A stretch of DNA of 64,000 nucleotides from the human T2T-CHM13v2.0 reference genome, Homo sapiens: the NCBI RefSeq assembly GCF_009914755.1, contig NC_060933.1. One strand, written 5' to 3'. The translations under genes and the position numbers were made by a program. The notes under the pieces were generated by a model that saw only the letters and a program-made list of their open reading frames with translations, was not told the DNA's origin and did no database searches. This document shows positions 1-18,735 of this stretch, piece after piece (position 1 is the first letter of the stretch; the number at the start of each line of letters is the position of its first letter).

Positions 1-232
1 TTGGCCTCCCAAAGTGCTGGGATTACAGGCGTGAGCCAACATGCCAGGCCTAATTTTATTTTTTAATAGAGATGAGGCTTCTCTATTCCCCAATAGATAT
101 CATATAAAAGATATTGAAGGAATGCTATGGAACAACCAAACTTAATATTTCATCTAAAATACCTAAGAAAAGATATTACAAAATTTAAAAACAGTTTTAC
201 CAATGATAAAACACAATGTACTATAACAGCCA

Positions 233-400
233 CCTGGGCATGGTGGCTCATGCCTATAATCCCAGCACTTTGAGAGACCTAGGTAGGTGGATCACTTGAG
301 CTGTTTCCCATGCTGGTCTCAAATTCCTGGCCCTAAGCAATCCTCTGGCCTCAGCCTCCAAAAGTGCTGGGACTACAGATGTGAGCCACTGCGCCTGGCC
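233..400. mobile_element. Two Alu left-arm fragments in opposite orientation (+ 233-300, - 301-400)
   Basis: CCTGGGCATGGTGGCTCATGCC...GATCACTTGAG joined to ...GTGAGCCACTGCGCCTGGCC. Confidence 0.8.
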
Positions 401-924
401 CAGCTGCTATTTAGTGAGCTCCTAAGGGCTGGAACACGCAGAACAGAACCACAGGCCAGACCAGACATTTGCCTGCCATCGACTCCCCTTCTGGGAAGCA
501 CAAAGGCTCCCCATGCAAGCTCGGTGCCATGTGACCTCACCACTCTCCCTGAGCAGCCATCTAGGGTCAGCCAGAAGCCTGTGAAGTGGCCTGGGGTGGA
601 AGCTGTAGTAAGCAGGGCTCCTATACAGGAGGGTAGCAGGTCCAGCTAATTGGACTTCCAAAATAAAACAGGGAAGAGACCCTTCATCCACAGTCAAAGA
701 AAAGACATGGAAAGTATATGAACCATGATTATGATAGAACACCAGAATGAATGATGCCTGATGTGGGGGTGGCCAGGACTGCCTCCCATCCCAAAGACAG
801 TACAGTAGCCCCAAGGAATTCCAGCTAGGGCTCATGACTGTTACCTTCCCTGAGCATCTTCACCATAAACCCAAATTAACCCAGGTGGCTCTGACATCAA
901 AGAGTCTAACCAACAAACATGCTT

Positions 925-1110
925 TAAATACGCCATCCCATTTCATCCTCACAAGCTTCCTAAAAAACAGGTATTATCATCCCCATCTTACAGATGAAGT
1001 ACTCCAGGCTCAGAAAGCTTCAGTGAGCCACCTCAGGTCCTGCAGCTAAAAACTGGCAGCACAGGTTTTATACCTACTTTGTTCTGTTCTCAAAGCTCAT
1101 GTTTATTCCA
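925..1110 (-). mobile_element. MIR
   Basis: MIR core TATTATCATCCCCATCTTACAGATGAAG...AGGCTCAGAAAG. Confidence 0.7.
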
Positions 1111-1458
1111 CTACCCCATACCTCATATCCCATGGTATTGAAGCCTGAGTTTATTGGAGTCATGAGATGTTCTCCCCACATTTTATTATAACAAAACCCT
1201 CTTTAAAAAAATTACTAGGTTAAACAACTTTAGTCAAGTTGTCAGATAATGTTTTGTACAAGCTTTAAAATAAGTGAACACCTAGGTACAACTTGATCTT
1301 TTGCTGCATAATCTTCGAGTATTCCTTTAATCAACTCACCCTGAATCTAATCATTGAAAAGTCTTTCCCAGCAGTTTGGCCCCACACTCTTGGGGACTGT
1401 TCTCTGTTTAAGCTGTGGTCGGATGACTGCTGTCCAAAGTCGCTTAAATTAAATTCGG

Positions 1459-1935
<477 letters not shown>

Positions 1936-1983
1936 TTAAACGGTTGCTTGTCAAGCTACCTACTTTCAGAGAAACTTTTTTTT

Positions 1984-2300
1984 CCTTTTTTTTTTTCTTT
2001 TTTCCTTTCTTCTTTTTTTTTGAGACAGAGTCTTGCTTTGTCACCCAGGCTGGAGTGCAGTGGCACGATCTCGGCCACTGCAACCTCTGCCTCCCGGATT
2101 CAAGCGATTCTCCTGCCTCAACCTCCCGAGTAGCTGGGATTACAGGTGCGCACCACTATGCGCAGCTAATTTTTGTATTTTTAGTAGAGGCAGGGTTTCA
2201 GCATGCTGGCCAGGCTTGTCTCGAACTCCTGACCTCGTGATCCACCCACCTCGGCCTCCCAAAGTGCTGGGATCACAGGCGTGAGCCACTGCTCCCGGCC
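1984..2300 (-). mobile_element. AluS
   Basis: Full dimer; TSD CAGAGAAACTTTTTTTT at 1967-1983 and 2301-2317. Confidence 0.95.
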
Positions 2301-3169
2301 CAGAGAAACTTTTTTTTCTGTTCATGGTCCTGGCTGGTCTGTTTGCAGAAATGCATTTATACTGGAGAAGTAGTGGGAGGGGGGAAGGGCTCTGCTTTCA
2401 GTCTCCATCTTCCTAGATTCCCGGCTCTGAGTTCTCTGCCCTGTCGTCACATAGGTAGATGTGTACCCTCTGCACTGCTCCTTGAACTTTGAACTTGTCA
2501 CACAGATTCAGAAAAGAGTAGTGAATCCAGTTTCACAGATTTTCAACCTGGACTTTACCCATAGCTATCTGAACTGTAAATTTGCCCTGCCTTGTTACTC
2601 AGGCTGTGAGCTTCTGCCTAGGCTATTATCCCAGTGTGGGCCTCTGCTCTGTTGCTCACCTACACTGGACGCATCTGAAGAGCATGTTAATTTGTGCACA
2701 AATCTACATGTGTGCACTACACTTCAGAGAAATTAAAAAGTCCTACTAGTTTCCGTTTTGGTTTTTATCAACGATTTCAGCTGCATCTGTGTCTTTTGGA
2801 GAATAAATTTTGGGTCCCAAGAGGTTTCGTTAATGACTCCTGGACTTCTAGAAATTACCCAACTTGAACTAGACAGGTAAAAGTTGTTCAGTTTGGCATA
2901 CTTTCCCTCTTGGGTTTCGGCATTTAATTTGGCCCTTTCTGATATTCTAATTGGCTATGTTTGTCTTTTGGTGGATTTGGAGATGTGGTAAGCCCAAGAA
3001 CTAAAGGAACTTTGAGAAGTGGAATTAAGTTAGATGTTTGCTGGACGTTGAGCCTCATGGAAGTTTTAATTTGTCCTCAACTGCTGGGTTCTCTGGATAG
3101 AGACAGACCTGGATGGCCTCCCCACTTCCTCACTGGAAAATCACTAAGGAATGTCTTTATTTATTAATT

Positions 3170-3468
3170 TTTTTAATGGGGTCTGGCTCCATTGCCCAGG
3201 CTAGAGTGCATTGGCACTATCACAGTTTATTATAACTTTGTACTCCTGGGCTCAAGCGATCCTCCCACCTCAGCCTACAGAGTTTCTGGGACTATAGGGA
3301 TGCACCACCATGTCTGGCTATTTTTTTAAAAACTTTTTTTTTTGTAGAGATAGGGGGTGTCACCATTTAACCCAGGCTGGTCTTGGACTCCTGGCCTTAA
3401 GCAATCCTTCCATCTGGGACTCCCAAAGTGCTGAGATTATTACAGGCATGAGCCACCATGCCTAGCCT
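3170..3468 (-). mobile_element. AluJ
   Basis: Diverged Alu dimer. Confidence 0.85.
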
Positions 3469-4018
3469 TAGGAATAAGTCTTTTATGTGTCTTTATTTAG
3501 CTCCGGTGTCCCCAGCTTTAGCTCAGCCCTCCTGAGGGAGTGGGTATTCTTTTGAATGGTCAAAGGAAAAAGAAGATATCAATAAAACTGTGACAAAAAG
3601 ATAAGCAATTTGGGCCTGTAGGAAGTTTGTGAACATGGAAGACAGATAACCAACTAGAACACTCCCGACATCTTTATAACTGCAGTCTGCAGAAGGAAAA
3701 AGGCGTGAGGTAAGAGTTGGAAGAAAGTTCTGATCCATCCAGAAATTAGAATTTGTACTTTACCTTGAAAGCTAATTGATATACTACGTGAATACACTCT
3801 CTGATGATCTAGTGACAATAATTAAACCCCCAAACAACTCCTGTATTGAATTCACATGGAGGCCCAAGGAGAGGGGAATCTAAATCAAAGAGAAGTCAAT
3901 TTCATGCCATGTACCCATTTATATCAAATCAGAAAACTCCCTTGAAATAAACCAGCATAATATGTTTATGACAAAGGTGGCACTTCAGAGCAATGAGGAA
4001 GGAAGAGATGACCTTTTC

Positions 4019-4130
4019 TTTTTCTTTTTTTGAGATGGGGTCTCACTACATTGCCCAGGCTGGTCTTGAACTCCTGGACTCAAGTGATCCAACTGCCTGG
4101 GATTACAGACATGACTCACCATGCCTAGCT
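4019..4130 (-). mobile_element. FLAM/Alu monomer with a small internal deletion
   Basis: TSD GAGATGACCTTTTC at 4005-4018 and 4131-4144. Confidence 0.85.
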
Positions 4131-4503
4131 GAGATGACCTTTTCAATAAACAGATAGCCTAATGGATATCCACATCTTGACCCCTACCTCACATCATACA
4201 CAAAACTCAATTCTAAATAAATTGTAAGTCCCCATCTAAAAAGACAATACATCTTCTAGAAGAAATCATAGAATATTTTTGTTTATTCAGGGAAGGAAAA
4301 GATGGTTTAAATGGGACAGAAAAGCTACCAATGATAAAGGATATGATTGATTAAAATGGACTACATTAACAGTTTAAAATTCTGAATTTCTCATCACAGA
4401 TACTAAGACTAAAAATGCAAGGCACTGAGTAGATATAAAAAGTCAGTCAATGGATTTGTACCTAGAATATATAAAGAACTAATTAATAAAAAATAGGCAT
4501 CTA

Positions 4504-4650
4504 GGCTGGGCATGGTGGCTTACACCTGTAATCTCAGCACTTTGGGAGGCTGAGCAGGAGGACTGCTTGAGCCCAGGAGTGTGGGACCAGCCTGGGCCAC
4601 ACAGTGAGACCCCATCTCTAAAAAAAAAAAAAAAAACAAAAAAGAAAGAA
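4504..4650 (+). mobile_element. FLAM/Alu monomer
   Basis: Left-arm sequence with A tail. Confidence 0.8.
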
Positions 4651-5562
4651 ATAGACATCGAATACAGAAATTGTCAGAAAACAAGCAAGTACTTCAAAAA
4701 AGAGGCCAATAAGCATATGGAAAGGTGCTCAACTCCCCATATCACTAAAGACAATAGCTATGCTTTTTACAAAAGGTATAAAATGAATAAAATATTCACA
4801 TCAAATTTCTTGTTTTCTTTTTCTGGTAGTTCAACAATACATATAATAACTGTTAGTTGAAATAACATTTGTCTCTGATGATCAAATTGAACCAAATATA
4901 AATTTCTTTTTTGAAAATATTACAATCATTTTTCTACCTATAAATTTTACTTTGAATTTTTTACCTATAAATTCTATTTTGAATTTATAGGTAAAGAATG
5001 ATAGTAATATTTTCATATTACAATCATTATTATCAATATTATCCATCTGAGATAATAATCATTTGCCTCCCTGTTTTTATCTATTTGGCCATTCTAGCAC
5101 CAAATTTCAAAAGCATTTATAGTACTTTCCATTGTTTTCTTTAGACATTGTGCAGTCAGTTAAGCAAAGATTGCTTAAAGAGGACACAAAAATTCTTGGC
5201 TTAATACTGTTGTTTTTCAAGCAATTTAAGCCAATATTCCTAGCCAGTATTGACTTACTATTTTTCAATATCATCAATTGTTAACTGTTGACTAACCTAC
5301 TCACCTTTTCCCGCCAGTTTTAGTAATTGCATATGTGCTTCCTTTTTATGCACATGTGATGTTTCATATTCCTTTAATGAAGAATCTAGATTACTAAATT
5401 CTAGTGCAGAATCTAGTTTAGTTAGTCATCAATACACACCTTGGCCAAAGATAATCCTGAAAACTAGGTTTGTCAGACACATAATGGGAATACAAAAATG
5501 CTTTTCCTTGGACTTAGAATATAAAAGCCAGTTTCTACAGGGTCTTTCTCTGCGCTTTAAAA

Positions 5563-6420
5563 TGTAGGTTTTATTCTTCAGGTATGCTAAGGCCAACAGA
5601 TCAGGAGATGACTGCCATTGAAAAGACAGTTTGTTATTCACAGTTCCAAGAAGAGAGGTGATATGGTTTGGCTGTGTCCCTACCCAAATCTCATCTTGAA
5701 TTGTAGCTCCCATAATTCCCATGTGTCGTGGGATGGACCCAGTAGGAGGTAATTGAATCATGGGGGTGAGTCTTTCCCATGCTGTTCTCATAGTGGTGAA
5801 TAAGTCTCACGAGATCTGATGGTTTTATAAATGGGAGTTCTCCTGCACAAGCCCTCTTTGCCTGCCACCATGTAAGCCTTCCCTTTGCTCTTCCTTCATC
5901 TTCCGCCATGATTGTGAGGTTTCCCCAGACATGTGGAACTGTGAGTCCATTAAACTTCTTTCCTTATAAATGACCCAGTCTCAGGTATGTCTTTATTAGC
6001 AGCTTGAGAACAGACTAATACAAGAGGACATGCCACACAGGTAAGCACCAGGGTTGGTCAAGAAGCAAAAGGAGTGAGGAGAAAACATATGCAAGAGCCT
6101 GTACTGTGGTTTCTACAGGAAGGAACAGATGAGGCAGGGTAAGCAGGTTTAGAATTGGCTAGTTTGAATAATTTCAGTGGTCTCTAGGGGTATAGGGGCT
6201 GTCCCTAGTTGCCTGGTACCTGGCTCTGGGGTGACCAGGGTAGGTGGATAGTGGCCTTGAGTGTAAGAGCAGGATGTGGGATACGGGCTCTGGATCAGTA
6301 GGTTAGCATATGAAAGACAGCTCACAGACGAGTCCTTTACTCTCCCTAGGAATTGGCTGGCTAGCCTGTGGAGGGCCAGTCTCCCAACAGTCAGTAAGAC
6401 CCTAGATGTCAAAATAACAG
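5563..6420. mobile_element. ERVL-type LTR (MER54-like) interrupted by THE1
   Basis: CAGATCAGGAGATGACTGCCATTGAAAAG...ATTGGCTAGTTTGAATAATTTCAG resembles the recalled MER54 consensus; ends approximate. Confidence 0.6.
5659..6022 (+). mobile_element. THE1 (MaLR) solo LTR
   Basis: TGATATGGTTTGGCTGTGTCC...GACTAATACA; 5-bp TSD AGAGG. Confidence 0.95.
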
Positions 6421-6472
6421 AATAAAAAGTAATGCTTAATACCCTCTTTTTAGAAGAACTAGTGTTAGATAA

Positions 6473-6862
6473 TGATGTGGTTTGGCTCTGTGCCCCCACC
6501 CAAATCGCATCTCAAATTGTCATCCCCCCGTGTCAGGGGAGGGACTTGTAATCCCCACGTGTACAGGGAGGGACGTGATTGGATCATGGAGGTGGATCCC
6601 CCCCACCATGCTGTTCTCGTGATAGTGAGTGAGTTCTCATCAGATCTGATGGTTTTATAAGCATCAGCCATTTCCCCTGCTTGCTCTCACTCCCTCCTGC
6701 TGCCTTGTGAGGAAGGTGCCTGCTTCTTGCCTTCCACCATGATTGTAAGTTTCCTGAGGCCTTCCCAGCCATGCAAAACTGTGAGTCAATTCAACCTCTT
6801 TCCTTTAAAAATTACCCAGTCTCAGGTATTTCTTTATAGCAGTGTGAAAAGGGACTAATACA
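6473..6862 (+). mobile_element. THE1D/MSTA-type MaLR solo LTR
   Basis: TGATGTGGTTTGGCTCTGTG...GACTAATACA; TSD GATAA/GATGA. Confidence 0.9.
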
Positions 6863-7156
6863 GATGAAATAGCAAATTTTCTGTTATGATTATCTGAGGA
6901 AAAATCATAATGATTAATTTGAAGCACATTTTGTTTTGCCGCAAAGAATCTCATGCTGTCAAAAGGAGTAGGATCAGTTTCCAGAATCATTATCCAACAA
7001 ACCTAGTGACACTCCAGAAGTTCTAACTTTTTGACCAGTTTGCTGATTTCATGGATATAATTTTCTCTATCTTGCAAGGTGCAGCCCAGAGTTACATTTG
7101 TTCCTTCTGAATTATGTATTTGATATGAATAATTCTCTTTTCTATCTCACTTTTAC

Positions 7157-7539
7157 TTTGGCTCTGTGTCCCCACCCAAATCTCCTGTTGAATTATAATT
7201 CCCAGTGTTGAGGGAGGGACCTGGTAAGAGGTGATTGGATCTTGGGGGTGGATTTCCCCCATGCTGTTCTCATGATAGTGAGTGAGTTTTCACAATATCT
7301 GATGGCTTAAAAGTGTGTGGCACTTCCCCTCCTCACTCTCCTTCTCTCTCTTTCCTGCCACCATGTAAAGAAGGTGCTTGCTTCCCCTTCACCTTCCACC
7401 AGGATTGTAAGTTTCCTGGGGCCTCCAAGCCTTGCTTCCTGTTAAACCTGCAGAACTGTGAGTCAATTAAACTTCTTTTCTTCATAAATTACCCAGTCTC
7501 AGGTAGTTCTTTATAGCAGTATGAGAATGGACTAATACA
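7157..7539 (+). mobile_element. MSTA-type MaLR LTR lacking its extreme 5' end
   Basis: TTTGGCTCTGTGTCCCCACCCAAATCTC...GGACTAATACA. Confidence 0.9.
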
Positions 7540-7680
7540 GTAGCTAAAGAATCATTTACCAGATAATTTGAAGTTGCTAAGATTGAATCTGACTTGAAGT
7601 TCAAGTTGTGAATTTGATAAGAATAAATACCTGTTTTATTTTCATGAGTAGTGTTCATTCATAATTTACAATACCTTATT

Positions 7681-7734
7681 TCTGAACTTTACATGCTCAA
7701 TAAAGTCTGAACTTTACATGCTCAATAAAGTCTG
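7681..7734. repeat. Perfect 25-bp tandem duplication
   Basis: (TCTGAACTTTACATGCTCAATAAAG)x2 + TCTG. Confidence 0.97.
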
Positions 7735-7784
7735 CTAGTTTTTATTGTTGCCAGTTTTAAAATTTTAAATAGTCTCTTATTTGA

Positions 7785-8130
<346 letters not shown>

Positions 8131-8782
8131 TGAACTTTACTTTTATATTACCTATTTCTGTTATGGTCTTGATCTGTACTCATTTCAATGATCTAAAGGC
8201 TTAAATAATGATGTGTAGTTGTTTTCAAATATTCAAACTTTGAATATATTTTTATCTAAAAATGTAAATGTTAGAAAATAAAAAAATTATAATGGTCTCA
8301 TATTTTCAAAAGTTACTTTTCTCTTTAAATATCCAAAACTGTCTTAAAACTAAAAAGTGAAAATGTGAAGAAATTATTCAATAAAGCCAAAGATTGTAAT
8401 TATTAAAAAACTAATCTTATGAAATATTTTAATAGAAAATAAAACTACTCAATTCTAGTATTCAATGTCTACCTACTTTCCAATGGAAAGAATTATGATT
8501 AGTAACACCATTCACATTACCTCTAGGTCTATATATTTATACACAAATTCAAGAGTATTATGAATTTTGTGATTTTTGCAAAATGTTCCTCAGCTGCTAT
8601 GTGCAACTGTTGCAACACTATACTAATTTGTGAGTATCTCAGAACTGAGGACTGAAACACAAAGAAAAGCGAGTAAGTGGATTCTCTGGCATTATCAGGA
8701 AATGACATTTTGTAATATGAGTATAAACTGCTGGTAGGCTAAGAAGAGTCAACAAGTTAATTATTCTCTGCTCTTACCTATT

Positions 8783-9145
8783 TGATATGGTTTGGCTGTG
8801 TCCCCACCCAAGTCTCATCTTGAATTCAACTCCCACATGTCATGGGAGGGACCCAGTGGGAGATAATTGAATCATGGGGGCAGTCTTTCCTGTGCTGTTC
8901 TCGTGATAGTCAATAAGTCTCACAAGATCTGATGATTTCATTGAGGAGGAGATCCCCTGCACAGGTTCTCTCTCTCTTTGCCTGCTGCCATCCATGTAAG
9001 ATGCAACTTGCTCGTTTTTGTCTTCTGCCATGATTGTGAGGCCTCCCCAGCCATGTGGAACTGTGAGTCCATTAAACCTCTTTTCTGTTTAAATTACCCA
9101 GTCTTGGGTATGTCTTTATTAGCAGTGTGAAAACAGACTAATGCA
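8783..9145 (+). mobile_element. THE1 (MaLR) solo LTR
   Basis: TGATATGGTTTGGCTGTGTCC...GACTAATGCA; TSD CTATT. Confidence 0.95.
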
Positions 9146-10599
9146 CTATTGCTTCTTCCACTCAATTTCCTTCTGTACACTGAAGTAATGCTCATCTCCC
9201 GCATGGGCAGCAAATTGAATACCATTCACAGCTATGTTCGTTATATATTGCTATGTAACAAACAAGTTCAAAACCATGGCTTATAATAGCAATGATTTAT
9301 TAATTTTCTGAAAGTTGGCCGGATATGTTCTTTTGCTGGTTTCACTGAGGCTTATTCTAAGACATGCCTTTTGGTGAATTATTCATGTATTTCATTTGGG
9401 TATATGACACTCCAGTGAATTCTTGAAGTCAGTTTTAAAAATCTTTATATTATTACCTGTAGGTAATGATAGAATGGTGTAGGTTCTGTCTACAAATTAT
9501 TTATCATGTTTCAAATATCAGTGTTCTAAGAATCACCTGGGGAGCTTATTTAAAATGCAGATCACTGGGTCCCACCCAAGACATTCTAATTATATAGATG
9601 AGGTCCAGGAACCTATATGTGTTAGAAGTTCGGATGACTACACTCTAAAAAATACTGGTCTACACCAGCACTCCCGCTTCAACTTCGCAGACACAGTCCA
9701 GGTCCTCCAGTTTCTTCCTTACTGCATATGCTCCCCAATGATATCCCTGCCCTGGAGCACATAATCTAGCAATTTTCATGACCAATTGCTTATTTAAATC
9801 ATCTGGAGAACTCTTAAAAAATTACTGATGCCTGGCCAGGTAGGGTGGCACACACTTGTAATCCTAGCTACACAGGAGGCTGAGGTTAGAGCACCACTTA
9901 AGCCCAGGAATTTGAGACTAGCCTGGACAACAAAGCTAGACCCTATCTCAAAAAAATTTACTGATGTCTGTGCCTTATCCGTAGCAATTACATCAGACTC
10001 CCTGGAAGTGAGGCCCCAGCTACCAGGATAATTTTAAAGCAACTTGGTAGATTTGACTATGCAGCCAGAATTGAGAACAGCTGTTCTCATTCATCCGCTG
10101 CCTCCAGTGGTCTTTCTTACTACACCCTAAAGTATTCTAAGGTTTCTTCTTTACTAGAGCATAGCTTCCCAGCCTGTATCCCAGGGAAGGGAAAGAGGCT
10201 ACAGGTGTGGTACAAAATATCAATTGGCCAGTGATCCAGGCTGCTCCTGGGCCTATCAGCTTCAGGTAAAAGCAGCTTCTCCTGAGGCTTCTTGGATGGT
10301 AGCCTGAGTTGGGCCAGGTTTGCCCATGTCCTCCACTGCCCACTGCAGACATGTTACCCACAGAGACGCAGAAGGAGAATGTTGCCCGGGTGTCCAGGAA
10401 GCTCAACCCAAGGTATGGCTGGTTGGGGAAGGGGGAATGCTGCAAGCTGGCGTACTGGTTCAAATTTCTGTCTTCACATGTATTTGATTCTTTTGCTCAA
10501 TAATCACTGATGTGCCCTCTGTGTGGCTACAGGGTGATTGCTCTAACAGTGCATGTGCTTTTTTAGAATTAGTTGCATTATCATTTTGAACAATTTGAT

Positions 10600-10830
10600 G
10601 CCGGGAGTGGCAGCTCATGCCTGTAATCCCAGCACTTTGGGAGGGCTGAGGTGCACACCTGTAGTTCCAGCTACTGAGGGTTAGAGGGCCTGGCAGGGCA
10701 GTTTGAGGCAGGAGGATGGCTTGAGCCTGGAAGTTAGAGGCTGCAGTGAACCATGATCACGCCCTTGCATTCCAGCCAGGATGACAGAGCAAAACTGTGT
10801 CTCAAAATACAATTTTAAAAAAGAAATAAA
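10600..10830 (+). mobile_element. Internally rearranged AluJ
   Basis: Left arm jumps to the right-arm start; the linker is missing. Confidence 0.75.
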
Positions 10831-11166
10831 AATTTGATTGGAAGACATAAAATTGGATTTGAAATCTATCAGCATTATAACAGTAAATTTTAATACTACA
10901 TTGGACAAAGAAAAAAACTCATGTTTCTTTTAAATAAAATTTTAGATGTTGTTTTTTTTTTATTATACTTTAAGTTTTAGGGTACATGTGCACAACGTGC
11001 AGGTTTGTTACATATGTATACACATGCCGTGTTGGTGTGCTGCACCCATTAACTCGTCAGTTAGGGTTAGGTATATCTCCTTATGCTATCCCTACCCCCT
11101 CCCCCAAACCCACAACAGGCCCCGGTGTGTGGTGTTCCCCTTCCTGTGTCCACGTGTTCTCATTGT

Positions 11167-15338
<4,172 letters not shown>

Positions 15339-15401
15339 TATGATGTTAGCTGGTTATTTTGCTTGTTAGTTGATGCAGTTTCTTTCTAGCCTTGATGGTC
15401 T

Positions 15402-16415
15402 TTACAATTTGGCATGTTTTTGCAGTAGCTGGTACTGGTTGTTCCTTTCCATGTTTAGTGCTTCCTTCAGGAGCTCTTTTAGGGCAGGCCTGGTGGTGAC
15501 AAAATCTCTCAGCATTTGCTTGTCTGTAAAGGATTTTATTTCTCCTTCACTTATGAAGCTTAGTTTGGCTGGATATGAAATTCTGGATTGAAAATTCTTT
15601 TCTTTAAGAATGTCGAATATTGGCCCCCACTCTCTTCTGGCTTGTAGAGTTTCTGCTGAGAGATCAGCTGTTAGTGTGCTGGGCTTCCCTTTGTGGGTAA
15701 CCCGACTTTTCTCTCTGGCTGCCCTTAACATTTTTTCCTTCATTTCAACTTTGGTGAATCTGACAATTATGTGTCCTGGAGTTGCTCTGCTCGAAGAGTA
15801 TCTTTTTGGCATTCTCTGTATTTCCTGAATTTGAATGTTGGCCTGCCTTGCTAGATTGGGGAAGTTCTCCAGGATAATATCCTGCAGAGTGTTTTCCAAC
15901 TTGGTTCCATTCTCCCCGTCACTTTCAGGTACATCAATCAGATATAGATTTGGTCTTTTCACATAGTCCGATATTTCTTGGAGGCTTTGTTCATTTCTTT
16001 TTATTCTTTTTTCTCTAAACTTCTCTTGCTTCATTTCATTCATTTGATCTTCCATCACTGATACCCTTTCTTCCAGTTGATCGCATGGGCTACTGAGGCT
16101 TGTGCATTCATCACGTAGTTCTCGTGCCTTGGTTTTCAGCTCCATCTTGTCCTTTAAGGACTTCTCTGCATCGGTTATTCTCGTTAGCCACTCATCTAAT
16201 TTTTTTTCAAGGTTTTTAACTTCTTTGCCATGGGTTCGAACTTCCTCCTTTAGCTCGGAGTAGTTTCATGGTCTGAAGCCTTCTTCTCTCAACTCGTCAA
16301 AGTCATTCCCCGTCCAGCTTTGTTCCGTTGCTGGTGAGGAGCTGCGTTCCTTTGGAGAAGGAGAGGTGCTCTGATTTTTAGAGTTTCCAGTTTTTCTGCT
16401 CTGTTTTTTCCACAT
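15402..16415 (-). pseudogene. L1 ORF1p, disrupted by an in-frame stop at 16266-16268
   Basis: MWKKQSRKTGNSK...EEGFRP* then in the same frame MELKTKARELR...QKHAKL. Confidence 0.93.
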
Positions 16416-17541
16416 CTTTGTGGTTTTATCTACCTTTGGTCTTTGATGATGGTGACGTACAGTTGGGGTTTTGGTGTGCATGTCCTATCTGTTTGTTAGT
16501 TTTCCTTCTAACAGTCAGAACCCTCAGCTGCAGGTCTGTTGGAGTTTGCTGGAAGTCCACTCCAGACCCTGTTTGCCTGGGTATCAGCAGCAGAGGGTGC
16601 AGAACAGTGGATATTGGTGAACAGCAAATGTTGCTGCCTGATCATTCCTCTGGAAGTTTTGTCTCAGAGGAATACCCGGCCATGTGAGGTGTCAGTCTGC
16701 CCCTACTGGGGGGTGCCTCCCAGTTAGGCTACTCGGGGGTCAGGGATCCACTTGAGGAGGCAGTCTGTCCGTTCTCAGATCTCAAGTTGCGTGCTGGGAG
16801 AACCACTACTGTCTTCAAAGCTGTCAGACAGGGACATTTAAGTCTGCAGAGGTTTCTGCTGCCTTTTGTTTGGCTATGCCCTGCCCCCAGAGGTGGAGTC
16901 TGCAGAGGCAGGCAGGCCTCCTTGAGCTGCAGTGGGCTCCAGCCAGTTCGAGCTTCCTGGCCGCTTTGTTTACCTACTCAAGCCTCGGCAATGGCAGGCG
17001 CGCCTCCTCCAGCCTCGCTGCTGCCTTGCAGTTTGACCTCAGATTGCTGTGCTAGCAATGAGTGAGGCTCCGTGGGCGTAGGACCCTCTGAGCCACGCAC
17101 GGGATATAATCTCCTGGTGTGCCGTTTGCTAAGACCATTGGAAAAGCACGGTATTAGGGTGGGAGTGACCCGATTTTCCAGGTGCCCTCTGTCACCCCTT
17201 TCTTTGACTAGGAAAGGGAATTCCCTGACCCCTTGCGCTTCCCGGGTGAGGCAATGCCTTGCCCTGCTTCAGGTCACACTCGGTATGCTGCACCCACTGT
17301 CCTGCACCCACTGTCCGACACTCCCCAGTGAGATGAACCTAGTACCTCAGATGGAAATGCAGAAATCACCCGTCTTCTGTGTCGCTCATGCTGGGAGCTG
17401 TAGACTGGAGCTGTTCCTATTCAGCCATCTTGGCTTTTTCCTAGATGTTGGTTTAACAATCAGATGCTGGCTGTCAAAGTGTTTTAAATTTTTGTCACCT
17501 ATTTGTGTGATTAAACTTTTCTTTTTTAAAAAATTATTATT

Positions 17542-18007
<466 letters not shown>

Positions 18008-18411
18008 TAGTGAAAATACAAAGATAAAATTTTAAAGCTTGATTAGGAATTGTGTCTGGCATAAGCTATCATAAAAAATGATTATCATAAAAAGTGTTTT
18101 CAATGTTAAAAGCAATTATCTCCCTGACCTCAAAGTTTCAACAATATCAAAATTCAGAACTTCTGTTTACTTAACTCCACAAAGTGGGTGAAAAGACAAG
18201 TGCCACACTGAGAATATATTTGCAACCAAAAAGTCCATGAAGAACTGGTATCTACAATGGATAAAGAATGCCTACAAATCACTTAGTAAAGAATGGACAA
18301 TTCAATAGGAAAGTGGGGACAAAGACTTAAACAGATCACAAAAGAGAAAATCTACATAATAGCATATTGAAAATGTTCAGCATCACTAGTAGTTACAGAA
18401 ATGCAAAATTA

Positions 18412-18735
<324 letters not shown>

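Noticed and set aside
3521-3536. 16-mer GCTCAGCCCTCCTGAG shared with the L1 insert (14428-14443)
   Set aside because: The match does not extend, and about one chance 16-mer match is expected among all position pairs in 64 kb; not evidence for a local donor.
6518-6575. ~29-bp tandem duplication inside the MaLR LTR
   Set aside because: The copies are diverged and I recall this arrangement in other THE1D/MST copies, so it is probably a subfamily feature.
11061-11071. Telomere-like TTAGGGTTAGG in the L1 3'UTR
   Set aside because: Under two units, and reachable by about two substitutions from the L1 consensus TTAGCATTAGG.
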